Positions 39,179 through 49,131 are shown, numbered from the stretch's first letter. The stretch is 64,000 nt of DNA from an uncultured Candidatus Saccharibacteria bacterium (GCA_964397435.1 CAYNHU010000006.1:344-64343); one strand, 5' to 3'. Notes: generated from the sequence alone by a model not told the origin. Numbers and translations: made by a program.

Positions 39179-41911
39179 ATGGAAGGTTTTCCTCAGAATG
39201 CAGCTCCTAAGTTTAAGTCTCCTGAAGAAGAGATTGCGTTTTTGCGTGAACGTATCGCAGAGCGTGAACGTCAGATGGAGGGTGCCGGACTTGGTGGTGG
39301 TCAAGAAAAAGCTACACAAGACGTTGTCGAAGCGTACAAAAAAGCGGACGCTCGCGATATTCTTCACGAAGCACGTGTGATGCCTGAGCATCAAGTTGAA
39401 GCACTGGTTCTCAAGCTTCGTCCTGAAGCACACGACCGCAAAATGGAAGAACTCCTCGGTATCTTGATGGATCAGGGTATCAAATCTGCACTTGATATTG
39501 TCGCTGCACTTCAAAATCCTCACGTTGATAGTGACTTCCATCGTTTCCTCGTTCAGTATCTTCACGCAACACACGGTATTCCGGGACTCGTTGAATCAAA
39601 TCCGATTTGGAAGGGTATTGATATGCGTTTGTTTGAAATTACGTTGCCTGCGCAAGACAAAGAAAATACTCGTGGCTACAAAGAATTTATCCAAGCGATG
39701 GAGCAGTTCTACGCTGGCATGTTAAATGTTGGTGGTACAAACAATAGCGAACGACGATATTACACACTTGAAATTGCGCTTTCAAATGATGGCGACCAAG
39801 TTCTTTTCTATGCTGCTATCCCAACAAGTAAAGTTGATCTCTTTGAAAAGCAAGTACTCGGTTTTTACCAAGACGCAAAACTCCGTGAGGTCACTGATGA
39901 TTACAATATCTTTACTGAAAGTGGTTACGCTGTTGGTTCATATGCTCAGCTCGGTGAGACTGAAGTCTATCCAATCAAAACTCACGAAACTATTGAACAC
40001 GATCCAATGGGTGCTATTGTGAATGCCTTTTCAAAACTCAAATCACAAGGTGAAGGCGCAGCATTGCAGATTGTCATTATGCCAGCTGGCGAAACATTGG
40101 TAAAAGATTTTTCACATATTTTGCACCGTGTTAAACACGAAAAGATTCGCGCCAAAGAAGCAGTCAAACAGATGCACTCAATCGCGCGTCAGACATTCCA
40201 CTTTTTGAAGGGAATTGGCACAGATCCAAAAGACCTTGAAAAGAAAGAAGCAAATCAGAAAGATATTGAACATATTCAGAATAAGTTAAAGAGCACCGTA
40301 TTGTATGCCGGTATTCGTATTGTTGCGTCTGCAGAAACCAAAGAACGCGCAAAAGACATTGTTCGTGAAATTGAAGCCGCGTTTAACCAGTTCAACGAGC
40401 CGCTCGCAAACCGTATTGAATGGCACCGAACAGAGGAGCGTGACGCGAATCAGTTTTTCCGTGACTATTCATATCGCCAGATGCATGATAGTGAACTGCT
40501 CCCGCTTAACCTCAAAGAACTCGCTTCAATCTTCCACTTCCCAGTTGGTGTTTCAGGTGCTCCGCAGCTTAAACAGGCAAAATCAGCGACTGCTCCAGCT
40601 CCGTTTGAGATGAATACTAAAGGCATAAGTCTTGGTATTAACGAATATCGAGGTGAAATGCGTCCTGTATACATGGGACGTGAAGATCGTGTTCGTCACA
40701 CTTATGTAATCGGTCAAACTGGTACTGGTAAAACGGTGTTCTTGAAAAACATGATTATTCAGGACATCAAAAATGGTGACGGTGTTTGTTTCATCGATCC
40801 GCACGGTTCTGATATCCAAGACATTTTGGCGAACATTCCAAAAGAACGCATTGACGATGTGATCTACTTTGATCCTGCATATATTGATCGTCCGATGGGT
40901 CTCAATATGCTTGAATACGATCCAAAGTATCCAGAGCAAAAGACATTCGTAGTGAACGAATTGTTGGCGATTTTCAACAAGCTCTTTGATATGAAGACTG
41001 CCGGCGGTCCTGCGTTCGAACAATATTTCCGTAACTCAGCATTGTTGGTTATGGAAGATCCTTCCTCAGGTATGACACTCCTTGAAATCGGACGTGTGCT
41101 TGCTGACAAGGAATTCCGAGATTTGAAATTGTCACGCTGTAAAAATCCAATCATCAAACAGTTTTGGCAGAATGCGGAACAGACAACAGGGGAACAATCA
41201 CTTGCGAACTTCGTGCCGTACGTTACGAACAAGTTCGATGTGTTTATCTCAAACGACATCATGCGTCCGGTGGTTGCTCAAGAAAAGTCAGTGTTCAATT
41301 TCCGTGAAATTATGGATAACAAGAAAATTCTTTTGGTGAATCTTTCAAAAGGACGACTCGGAGATATTAACGCGAACCTCATTGGCCTTATCTTAGTTGG
41401 TAAAATAACGATGGCAGCCCTTTCTCGTGTAGACATTGTGGGGACAGGCAAACCGGTGCATGACTTCTATCTCTATATTGATGAATTCCAGAACATTACC
41501 ACTGACTCTATTGAAGTTATTCTCTCTGAAGCTCGTAAATACCGTCTCTCACTCAATATTGCGCACCAGTACATTGAACAGCTTGAAGACAACATCAAAA
41601 ATGCTGTGTTTGGTAACGTCGGTACTATGGTGGTTCACCGTGTTTCAACAGAAAATGCTGAAATGTTTGCAAAACAGTTTGAACCAGAATTTACACCAAA
41701 GGATATTATCAAGCTTGAAAACTTGAATTGTTACATCAAGATGTTGGTCAATGGTATGCCAGCAAAACCATTTAACTCAAAAACACCATTTCCACCAAAA
41801 GGCTCACCAGAAATGGCAGCAAAACTCAAAGAACTTTCATACCTCAAGTTTGGTCGTGATCGTGAAGAAGTTGAAGCAGAAATCATGGAGCGATATAACT
41901 ACAACGCATAA
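39179..41911 (+). CDS. VirD4/TraD/HerA-like ATPase
   Basis: RHTYVIGQTGTGKT, IDPHG, YLYIDEFQN, SEARKY, GNVGT. Confidence 0.88.
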   Translation: MEGFPQNAAPKFKSPEEEIAFLRERIAERERQMEGAGLGGGQEKATQDVVEAYKKADARDILHEARVMPEHQVEALVLKLRPEAHDRKMEELLGILMDQGIKSALDIVAALQNPHVDSDFHRFLVQYLHATHGIPGLVESNPIWKGIDMRLFEITLPAQDKENTRGYKEFIQAMEQFYAGMLNVGGTNNSERRYYTLEIALSNDGDQVLFYAAIPTSKVDLFEKQVLGFYQDAKLREVTDDYNIFTESGYAVGSYAQLGETEVYPIKTHETIEHDPMGAIVNAFSKLKSQGEGAALQIVIMPAGETLVKDFSHILHRVKHEKIRAKEAVKQMHSIARQTFHFLKGIGTDPKDLEKKEANQKDIEHIQNKLKSTVLYAGIRIVASAETKERAKDIVREIEAAFNQFNEPLANRIEWHRTEERDANQFFRDYSYRQMHDSELLPLNLKELASIFHFPVGVSGAPQLKQAKSATAPAPFEMNTKGISLGINEYRGEMRPVYMGREDRVRHTYVIGQTGTGKTVFLKNMIIQDIKNGDGVCFIDPHGSDIQDILANIPKERIDDVIYFDPAYIDRPMGLNMLEYDPKYPEQKTFVVNELLAIFNKLFDMKTAGGPAFEQYFRNSALLVMEDPSSGMTLLEIGRVLADKEFRDLKLSRCKNPIIKQFWQNAEQTTGEQSLANFVPYVTNKFDVFISNDIMRPVVAQEKSVFNFREIMDNKKILLVNLSKGRLGDINANLIGLILVGKITMAALSRVDIVGTGKPVHDFYLYIDEFQNITTDSIEVILSEARKYRLSLNIAHQYIEQLEDNIKNAVFGNVGTMVVHRVSTENAEMFAKQFEPEFTPKDIIKLENLNCYIKMLVNGMPAKPFNSKTPFPPKGSPEMAAKLKELSYLKFGRDREEVEAEIMERYNYNA

Positions 41912-41916
41912 TCTAC

Positions 41917-42489
41917 ATGGAGGAAATTGAAGTAAAATTTTTACATATCGATCGGCAAGCTTTTGAACAAAAGCTTGCCGATCTTGGTGCGACCAAAGTA
42001 GGCGACTACAACTATCGCCGGAAGATTTTTGATTTTGCAGACAATCGGTTAGACGCTGAAGGCGCATGGATCCGACTTCGTGACGAAGGTGAAAAAGTTA
42101 CACTTACATACAAGCAACGCTTTGGCGTTCCAAGTCCACACGCACTCACCGGTGGTGGCATGCATGAGCTTGAAGTTGTCGTGAGTTCGTTTGAAGAGAC
42201 AGAAAAACTGCTTACCGCAATCGGTCTCGTTGAATGCACGTATATTGAAAACAAACGCACTCGATATATGCTTGACGATGTAGAAATTGACATTGATACA
42301 TGGCCGCTTCTTGATCCATTTGTTGAAATTGAAGGTACAAGCTGGGACGCTGTTCAGGCGATGGCTGAGCGTCTCGGGTTTGATTGGTCTACGCATGTAC
42401 GTGGCTCAAGTCGCGCAATCTTCAAAGAAGCCGGTTTCGATGAGGATGCATACAAGATTTTGACCTTTAGTACTCAGGTTAAGCGTTAA
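41917..42489 (+). CDS. CYTH-domain protein
   Basis: EIEVKF, WIRLRD, LTYK, EIEG. Confidence 0.88.
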   Translation: MEEIEVKFLHIDRQAFEQKLADLGATKVGDYNYRRKIFDFADNRLDAEGAWIRLRDEGEKVTLTYKQRFGVPSPHALTGGGMHELEVVVSSFEETEKLLTAIGLVECTYIENKRTRYMLDDVEIDIDTWPLLDPFVEIEGTSWDAVQAMAERLGFDWSTHVRGSSRAIFKEAGFDEDAYKILTFSTQVKR

Positions 42490-42552
42490 TTGCGAAAAGC
42501 TGAATTTCTGCTACAATGCGGCTATTATTGGATTAGATAGAGAACGCTACGT

Positions 42553-43020
42553 ATGCAATTAGAACGCACACTTATTATTCTCAAACCAGATGCTGTACAG
42601 CGTAATTTGGTTGGAGAAGTCATCTCACGCTTTGAACGTAAGGGTTTGAAGGTTATCGGCATGAAGATGATGAATGTCGAAGATGTAACCCTCGAAGAAC
42701 ACTACGCTCACATCAAAGACAAGCCATTTTTCCCAGGCATTCGTGATTTCATGAAATCAACTCCTGTGGTAGTCTTGGCTCTCGAAGGTATTAATACAGT
42801 TTCTTCAGTACGACTTATTGTCGGACCAACAAAAGGTTGGGAAGCAGCTGCTGGTACTATTCGTGGTGATTTTTCACTCTCAACTCAGTCAAACTTAGTG
42901 CATGCTTCAGATTCTGTTGAAGCAGCAGAAGTAGAAGTTGCTCGATTCTTCAAAGCTGACGAACTCTTCTCATACCAGAAGATTGATACTGACTTTGTGT
43001 ACGCTGAACACAAGAAATAA
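42553..43020 (+). CDS. ndk: Nucleoside diphosphate kinase
   Basis: KPDAVQR, GTIRGDF, NLVHASDS. Confidence 0.97.
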   Translation: MQLERTLIILKPDAVQRNLVGEVISRFERKGLKVIGMKMMNVEDVTLEEHYAHIKDKPFFPGIRDFMKSTPVVVLALEGINTVSSVRLIVGPTKGWEAAAGTIRGDFSLSTQSNLVHASDSVEAAEVEVARFFKADELFSYQKIDTDFVYAEHKK

Positions 43021-43045
43021 TTAAATATAACGAGAGAATATATTT

Positions 43046-43071
43046 CAAAACCCGCCTGCAAGCGGGTTTTG
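43046..43071 (+). terminator. Terminator after ndk
   Basis: CAAAACCCGC-CTGCAA-GCGGGTTTTG. Confidence 0.85.
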
Positions 43072-43170
43072 TGTTGCAGAAAATAAGAAAACATATTTGG
43101 TAACTTCGTAAAATTCGTGTTCAGACGAGTAATCCACTTGCGAACTAGTACAGGAACGGTATACTCAATG

Positions 43171-43297
43171 TAGGATTATTTCGGAGTATCACTTAGAACA
43201 AATATTTTAGGGGATCCTCGATTGATTCTGGCTTTGGCCACAAGCATCTGGAACCCACTTAGCTTCTTGCTAAGGTGATATCTGCCAAATAGTCCTA
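43171..43297 (+). ncRNA. Rod-shaped structured RNA, candidate short 6S RNA
   Basis: Promoter TTGCGA-16-TATACT. 5' and 3' ends pair (TAGGATTATTT/AAATAGTCCTA; TATCACTTAG/CTAAGGTGATA), with a central bubble and terminal stem. Terminator at 43306-43335. Confidence 0.7.
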
Positions 43298-43360
43298 AAA
43301 AGAAGCTCTCCACAGTTTGTTGGAGGGATTTTTTTATGCAAATACGGTATACTTTGTGTA

Positions 43361-44743
43361 ATGGAAACACAAAACGACATTCGCTATCCGTTAAAAATCA
43401 CATTCTGCTCTGGTGCAGGATCGGTTACTGGCGCGAATTTTTTAATTGAAGCTGATAATAAAAAAATTCTCGTCGATTGCGGCATGATTCAGGGCGAAAG
43501 TATCGCTGACAAGGAAAACTGGGCACCTTTTATCTATAATGCAGAAGAAATTGATATTCTTTTCATCACACACTGTCATATTGATCACATTGGACGCATT
43601 CCAAAGTTGATTCATGATGGTTTCAAGGGACGTATTTACTCAACAAAACCAACAAAAGAGCTTTCAGGTCCAATGCTTGAAGATACAGCCGCGATTGTAG
43701 GCAAAGACAAAGAGAATGGTTTGGATAAAATCTATACAGGGGAGACCATCAAAGCATCGATGGGGCTTTGGGATACCTTTGAATATCATGAAGTTACAAA
43801 CATTACTCCACAACTATCATTTCGTTTACTCGATGCTGGACATGTCCTCGGTTCATCAATGATTGAGTTTACATTTAACGGTAAGAAAATTGTTTTTACC
43901 GGTGACTTGGGCAACTCACCATCACCAATTTTGCGCGATACTGAAACATTAGAAAATGTCGATTATCTTGTTATGGAAAGTGTGTACGGTGATCGTAAAC
44001 ACGAAGATCGAGATATTCGCCAACAGCGTCTTCAGGAGGTTATTCAGGATAACTACAAGCGCCGCGGTGTTTTGATTATGCCGACATTTTCACTTGAGCG
44101 CAGCCAGGAACTTTTGTATGAAATAAATAACTTGGTTGAAAATGAGCGTGTTCCTAAAATGCCAGTGTATTTCGATTCACCACTTGGTATTAAATTGACT
44201 GAAATTTTCAAGAAGTACCCACAGTATTTTAATCCACTCGTGCAAGAAGTTTTCAAAACTGATAGTGATATTTTTAAATTTCCAGGACTACGCATTACTC
44301 GAGACACGGATGATTCAAAAGAAATTCTCCACATCCCAAATCCAAAGATTGTGATTGCGGGCTCAGGTATGTCAAACGGTGGACGTATTCTTCATCATGA
44401 ATTGAATTACTTGCCAGATGCTAACAATACTATTCTCCTTACAGGATATCAGTCACAGGGGACTCTAGGACGTCGTATCGAAGACGGAGCAGCACATGTC
44501 ACGATTATGCATGAAACTGTGCCTGTACGGGCTCATATCGTCAAAATTGGTGGGTATTCTGGCCACAAAGACACTGATGCCCTTACTGATTTCGTCGCGG
44601 CGACGGCGGACAGTCTCAAAAAAGTCTTTGTTGTTATGGGAGAACCGAAAGCATCACTCTTTTTGGTTCAGAAACTACGTGATTTCCTTGGTGTAAACGC
44701 CGTTTCTCCTGACGTTGGTACAAGTGTTATTTTGGATTGTTAA
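43361..44743 (+). CDS. Beta-CASP metallo-beta-lactamase RNase (YSH1-like)
   Basis: THCHIDHIG, AGHVLG, FTGD, ESVYG, GSGM, YSGH. Confidence 0.92.
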   Translation: METQNDIRYPLKITFCSGAGSVTGANFLIEADNKKILVDCGMIQGESIADKENWAPFIYNAEEIDILFITHCHIDHIGRIPKLIHDGFKGRIYSTKPTKELSGPMLEDTAAIVGKDKENGLDKIYTGETIKASMGLWDTFEYHEVTNITPQLSFRLLDAGHVLGSSMIEFTFNGKKIVFTGDLGNSPSPILRDTETLENVDYLVMESVYGDRKHEDRDIRQQRLQEVIQDNYKRRGVLIMPTFSLERSQELLYEINNLVENERVPKMPVYFDSPLGIKLTEIFKKYPQYFNPLVQEVFKTDSDIFKFPGLRITRDTDDSKEILHIPNPKIVIAGSGMSNGGRILHHELNYLPDANNTILLTGYQSQGTLGRRIEDGAAHVTIMHETVPVRAHIVKIGGYSGHKDTDALTDFVAATADSLKKVFVVMGEPKASLFLVQKLRDFLGVNAVSPDVGTSVILDC

Positions 44744-44758
44744 TTGATACACATATAT

Positions 44759-45346
44759 ATGCAAGCTGGTAAACATAATTATCTTAAAATCAAAATAGGT
44801 GTTTCTGGGGCAAGCGAGACAGGAACTTGTGGTATCAACGCACTTGATCAGGCAAAAGAAATTGGACGAGAAGTTGCTCGTGCCGGCGCGATTTTGCTTA
44901 CAGGTGCATCTTCTGGTTTTCCGATGTGGGCGGCAATGGGAGCAAAAGAAGAAAAAGGTTTTGTCCTTGGGCTTTCTCCTGCAAGCACAGAACAAGAACA
45001 TCTCGATACATACCGAATGCCATTGTTGTACACTGATACCATTATCTACACTGGTTTTGGTGAACCAGGCAGAGATTTACTTTTTTCTCGTAGTGCGGAT
45101 GCAGTCGTAATTGGTTGCGGCAAGGTTGCGAGTGTGAACGAATTCAGTGTTGCTTTCGAGGAAGGTAAACCAATCGGTGTGCTCGAGGGCGAGGGTAGTA
45201 TCGCACCGCTCGTCAAAGACATTATGACTCGTGGTGGTTACCCAACACAAAATATTATTTTCGATACTGATCCACGTTCACTGGTTACTCAATTACTTGA
45301 AATCGTGTCACGTGAACGATCAGCTCATACTATAATTACAGAATAA
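44759..45346 (+). CDS. LOG/SLOG family protein (TIGR00725-like)
   Basis: IGVSG, TGA..G.P, IYTGFG..GRD, NEF..A. Confidence 0.8.
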   Translation: MQAGKHNYLKIKIGVSGASETGTCGINALDQAKEIGREVARAGAILLTGASSGFPMWAAMGAKEEKGFVLGLSPASTEQEHLDTYRMPLLYTDTIIYTGFGEPGRDLLFSRSADAVVIGCGKVASVNEFSVAFEEGKPIGVLEGEGSIAPLVKDIMTRGGYPTQNIIFDTDPRSLVTQLLEIVSRERSAHTIITE

Positions 45347-45350
45347 TTGC

Positions 45351-47756
45351 ATGGAAAAACTTCAAGGTTTGTCAGAGAGAGAAGTTCGACATTTACGTAC
45401 TGTGTTTGGAAAAAATCTCGTGATTGCTGCAGAACACCAGTCAGCGTTTCAGAGTTTTTTGGCTGAATTTAAAAGCCCGCTTATCATCCTTTTATTGGTT
45501 GCAGCGGGTATTTCTTTTGCCACAGGAGATTCTGTGAGTGCTATTTTGATTGTTGCAATTATTATTATCAGCTCGACTATCAATTTCCTCGTTTCTCGTA
45601 AGTCAGAACATGCCGTTGCGGCGCTTGCTGCTCGAATCACACTCACTGCGCACGTGGTTCGCAGTGGTAAAGAACAAGAAATCCCCGTTGCTGATATTGT
45701 TCCAGGAGATGTTGTGGTGCTTGATGCTGGTAAGGTTGTCCCCGCCGATGGTGTTATTGTTTCAGGCAGTGATTTGTATGTAAACGAATCGAGTCTCACA
45801 GGTGAATCTGTGCCTGTTGAAAAAAATACACACGCTGAAGTGTACATGGGAAGTGGCGTTGTGACTGGACGCGCGTATATGAGTGTGACAGCCACAGGAC
45901 AAAAGACAAAGTTCTACGGTATTGTTTCACTACTCGCAACCGAAGAACGTCCTGGTGAATTTGAACGTGGCATCCGAGAATTTAGTATGCTCGTTACCAA
46001 AGTAGTGGTAGTGATGGTTGTGGTTGTATTTTTAATCAATGCTCTCTTGAAAGGGGAAGTTGTGCAATCACTTATTTTTGCATTGGCTATTGCGGTTGGT
46101 TTAACGCCTGAAATGTTGCCAATGATTATCGCGACAAATATTGCCAAAGCATCTATCACTATGTCCGAAAAAGGTGTTATCGTTAAAAAACTTTCGTCGG
46201 TAGAAAACTTTGGTAGTATGGATATTTTATGTACTGACAAAACAGGAACATTAACCGAAGATCATGTGAGTGTGGTTCGCTACGTTGATATTGAGGGGAG
46301 TGATTCTCCTGACGTGCTTGAACATGCATATGCTATGAGCATGCTCCACACTGGAACTAAAATGCCGCTCGATACAGCTATTGCTGAGTATCGTGAGTTT
46401 GATATTCATGAGTATCAGAAAGTTGATGAGATACCGTTTGATTTTGAGCGCCGGCGTGAAAGTATGGTAATCGACCACGCCGGCGCTCGCACGCTCGTAG
46501 TCAAAGGCGCACCAGAATCAGTACTTGCTACTGCTAGACTTTCTGAAGCAGCTCGCGCCAAAGCACTCACACTATTTGAAGCACTCTCTCAAGACGGCTA
46601 TCGTGTCATTGCTGTTGCATCAAAGCTCCTCTCGTTTGAATCACATACCTATACTATCGCTGATGAAAAAGAATTGGATTTTCTTGGCTTCATTGCATTT
46701 ATCGACCCACCAAAACCAGGCGTTGATGTCGTTTTGAAAGAGCTCGAAGATCGAGGGATCACTATCAAAATCATTACAGGAGATCACGCGCTTGTTGCTC
46801 AAAAGATTGCACGAGAAGTAGGTCTGACTGGCGATGTGCTCACTGCTGATGTTCTCGAATCACTGACTGATGAAGAGCTCGCACTTCGTTCAAAGACTGT
46901 AAGTGTGTTCGCTCGTGTAAATCCTGCACAGAAAAATCGCATCATTAGCGTGCTTCAATCACAAGGCCACGTTGTTGGTTACATGGGAGATGGTATCAAC
47001 GACGCTCCTGCACTTCATACCGCTGACGTTGGTATTTCAGTGAACAATGCTGTTGATGTTGCTAAAGAAGCGGCTGATATCATTTTGCTTGAAAAGAGTT
47101 TCCGTCAGCTTACCGATGGTGTTGTTGAAGGTCGTCGTACATTTGCTAACACGACGAAATACATTAGCATGGCAGTGAGTTCAAACTTCGGTAACATGTT
47201 TTCTATGACAGGTGCATCACTCTTTTTGCCATTTTTGCCAATGCTTCCAGTTCAGATTTTGCTCAACAATTTACTCTATGAGTCTTCGCAGATTGCACTC
47301 ACCACAGACTCTGTTGAACCAGAAATTCTCGCAAAACCAAATCCATGGAACATCGGCATGATTAAACGATTTATGTTTGTGTTCGGTACAGTAAGTTCAG
47401 TGTTTGATTTTATTACCTTTTATGTTTTGTATAAAATAATGATGTTGAGTGGCACAGCATTTCAAACTGGATGGTTTATTGAATCGTTTGCAACACAAGT
47501 TTTGGTTATCTTTGTTATTCGATCATACAAGCCACTCTTCCTTGCAGAACGACCACATCGCGCTGTTATCATCGCATCAATCTGTGCTGTTGGTCTCGCG
47601 TGGGTGATAGCATTAACACCACTTGGTGCAATCATCGGCTTCGTACAGCTTCCATTCATGACCGTTGCAGCTATCGTCCTCATTGTTCTTGTCTACCTCG
47701 TTGTTGCTGAGTACGTCAAAAGAATCTTCTACAAGAAGATTGCGGTGCTTGTGTAA
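45351..47756 (+). CDS. mgtA: Mg2+-translocating P-type ATPase
   Basis: TGES, TPEMLP, DKTGT, PFDFERRR, GDGIND, SSNFGN. Confidence 0.93.
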   Translation: MEKLQGLSEREVRHLRTVFGKNLVIAAEHQSAFQSFLAEFKSPLIILLLVAAGISFATGDSVSAILIVAIIIISSTINFLVSRKSEHAVAALAARITLTAHVVRSGKEQEIPVADIVPGDVVVLDAGKVVPADGVIVSGSDLYVNESSLTGESVPVEKNTHAEVYMGSGVVTGRAYMSVTATGQKTKFYGIVSLLATEERPGEFERGIREFSMLVTKVVVVMVVVVFLINALLKGEVVQSLIFALAIAVGLTPEMLPMIIATNIAKASITMSEKGVIVKKLSSVENFGSMDILCTDKTGTLTEDHVSVVRYVDIEGSDSPDVLEHAYAMSMLHTGTKMPLDTAIAEYREFDIHEYQKVDEIPFDFERRRESMVIDHAGARTLVVKGAPESVLATARLSEAARAKALTLFEALSQDGYRVIAVASKLLSFESHTYTIADEKELDFLGFIAFIDPPKPGVDVVLKELEDRGITIKIITGDHALVAQKIAREVGLTGDVLTADVLESLTDEELALRSKTVSVFARVNPAQKNRIISVLQSQGHVVGYMGDGINDAPALHTADVGISVNNAVDVAKEAADIILLEKSFRQLTDGVVEGRRTFANTTKYISMAVSSNFGNMFSMTGASLFLPFLPMLPVQILLNNLLYESSQIALTTDSVEPEILAKPNPWNIGMIKRFMFVFGTVSSVFDFITFYVLYKIMMLSGTAFQTGWFIESFATQVLVIFVIRSYKPLFLAERPHRAVIIASICAVGLAWVIALTPLGAIIGFVQLPFMTVAAIVLIVLVYLVVAEYVKRIFYKKIAVLV

Positions 47757-47783
47757 GCTACTACACTACTTTGCTATAAAGAC

Positions 47784-47819
47784 AATACAAAACCCCGCCG
47801 TACGGCGGGGTTTTGTATT
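47784..47819. terminator. Bidirectional terminator between mgtA and rplT
   Basis: AATACAAAACCCCGCCG-TA-CGGCGGGGTTTTGTATT. Confidence 0.85.
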
Positions 47820-47821
47820 TA

Positions 47822-48166
47822 TTACTTAACCTGTGAGATCAAGCGTTCAAATGTTTCAGGGCTCTTTTCTGCAAGAGTTGCGAGAATTTTTCGGTCAAGG
47901 AGAATACCTTTCTTCTTGAGACTTCCCATCAATTTTGAGTATGAGATTGAGAAGGTGACTGCTGATGCGCCAATTTTGACGTTCCAGAGCTTGCGTTTGT
48001 CATTCTTCTTGTCGCGGCGATGTGCGAATGCGTGTGCACCTGCGTGGCGGATAGCATCGCGTGCCATGGCTTCCTTAGTACTGCGTCCAAATCGGTAGCC
48101 TTTGACTTGGGCGAGTGTATTGCGTCGTCGCTTTGACTTAATGACGCCTCGTTTTACTCGTGACAT
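47822..48166 (-). CDS. rplT: 50S ribosomal protein L20
   Basis: MSRVKRG, KGY, DRKILA. Confidence 0.97.
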   Translation of the reverse strand: MSRVKRGVIKSKRRRNTLAQVKGYRFGRSTKEAMARDAIRHAGAHAFAHRRDKKNDKRKLWNVKIGASAVTFSISYSKLMGSLKKKGILLDRKILATLAEKSPETFERLISQVK

Positions 48167-48175
48167 ATCGTGCGA

Positions 48176-48373
48176 TTAATTAAATGGTAAGAGGTAGCTG
48201 CGAGTTTTTGCCTTGAGCTTGAAGTCAGACGTCTTGCGACCTGCAAGCTGCTTGGTTCGGCTCTGCTTTGCGTTGAAGTGGTTAAAACCAGGCTTTCGTG
48301 CTTTAAGACCACTTTTCTTTGTGGTCTTAATGCGCTTGGTCAACGACTTTCGTGTTTTCATTCCTTTAGCCAT
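48176..48373 (-). CDS. rpmI: 50S ribosomal protein L35
   Basis: MKTRKSLTKR, position in infC operon. Confidence 0.9.
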   Translation of the reverse strand: MAKGMKTRKSLTKRIKTTKKSGLKARKPGFNHFNAKQSRTKQLAGRKTSDFKLKAKTRSYLLPFN

Positions 48374-48385
48374 AACATTAGTGGG

Positions 48386-48946
48386 TTAATTAATAATGGT
48401 TGCTGGTGGTTGTTTTTTGACCGTATCTCGTTCGATAGTCAATACAAGTCCTTTTGGACCACGCTTTGCTGGATCTGAGATTTTGAAGTTCTCAGTGATA
48501 AGTTTGAGGACTCGATCAAGTCGTTCTCTCAAGAATGCATCAGCCATGAACTTAGTTCGGCCAGAAAGATAGAGTTCAACTTTAATACGGTGTCCTTCGG
48601 AAAGCCACTTTGAAGCAGTTTTTGCTTTGAGTTCAAGATCGTGATCGCCTGTTCCAACTTTGATTTGGATAGACTTAGTTTCACTTGTCTTTGCGCCGGC
48701 TTTGATTTTCTTGGCTTTCTTCGCTTCGAGGTACTGGTATTTACCATAATCCATGATTTTGGCGACCGGTGGTACCGCGTTAGGGGAGATTTCAATGAGA
48801 TCAAGACCCAAAGATTCTGCTTTTTGCAAAGCTTCACTGAGGGAAAGGACGCCCAAATTATCGCCAGATTCGAGAAGTACTCGAAGTTCCTTGGCACGTA
48901 TTTGATTGTTGATTCTTTCTTTCAAGGTTAATACAAAGATAAGCAC
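48386..48946 (-). CDS. infC: Translation initiation factor IF-3 (start uncertain, no ATG)
   Basis: INNQI, LDLIEISP...PPVAKIMDYGKY, HD...K. Confidence 0.95.
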   Translation of the reverse strand: MLIFVLTLKERINNQIRAKELRVLLESGDNLGVLSLSEALQKAESLGLDLIEISPNAVPPVAKIMDYGKYQYLEAKKAKKIKAGAKTSETKSIQIKVGTGDHDLELKAKTASKWLSEGHRIKVELYLSGRTKFMADAFLRERLDRVLKLITENFKISDPAKRGPKGLVLTIERDTVKKQPPATIIN

Positions 48947-49074
48947 CTCACCATACGGAGTAACACCCTATATTTGGAGGACATATCGTAGGGTCATAAT
49001 AGCTTAAAAGTCTCAAAATGTAAAGGGGTACAGCTTAGATTGACTATTTTGTTAGGTATTAGTAATATTGGGTT

Positions 49075-49131
49075 ATAAATGACCATAAGGTCAATTGAGA
49101 AACCCCGCCCTTGGCGGGGTTTCGTGTTTTT
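49075..49131 (+). ncRNA. Putative small two-hairpin RNA convergent with toxin gene
   Basis: TTGACT(49040)-17-TAATAT(49063); hairpin TGACC-ATAA-GGTCA; terminator GAAACCCCGCC-CTT-GGCGGGGTTTC-GTGTTTTT. Confidence 0.5.

Noticed and set aside
18006-41262. Long antisense ORFs over fusA, tuf, r-protein genes and the ATPase
   Set aside because: Expected shadows of biased codon usage, with no independent motifs.
43171-43297. SRP (4.5S) RNA identity
   Set aside because: The domain IV CAGG/GNRA/AGCA signature is missing on both strands.
43176-43370. 64 aa minus-strand ORF
   Set aside because: It overlaps the structured RNA and the RNase start and has no recognisable protein features.
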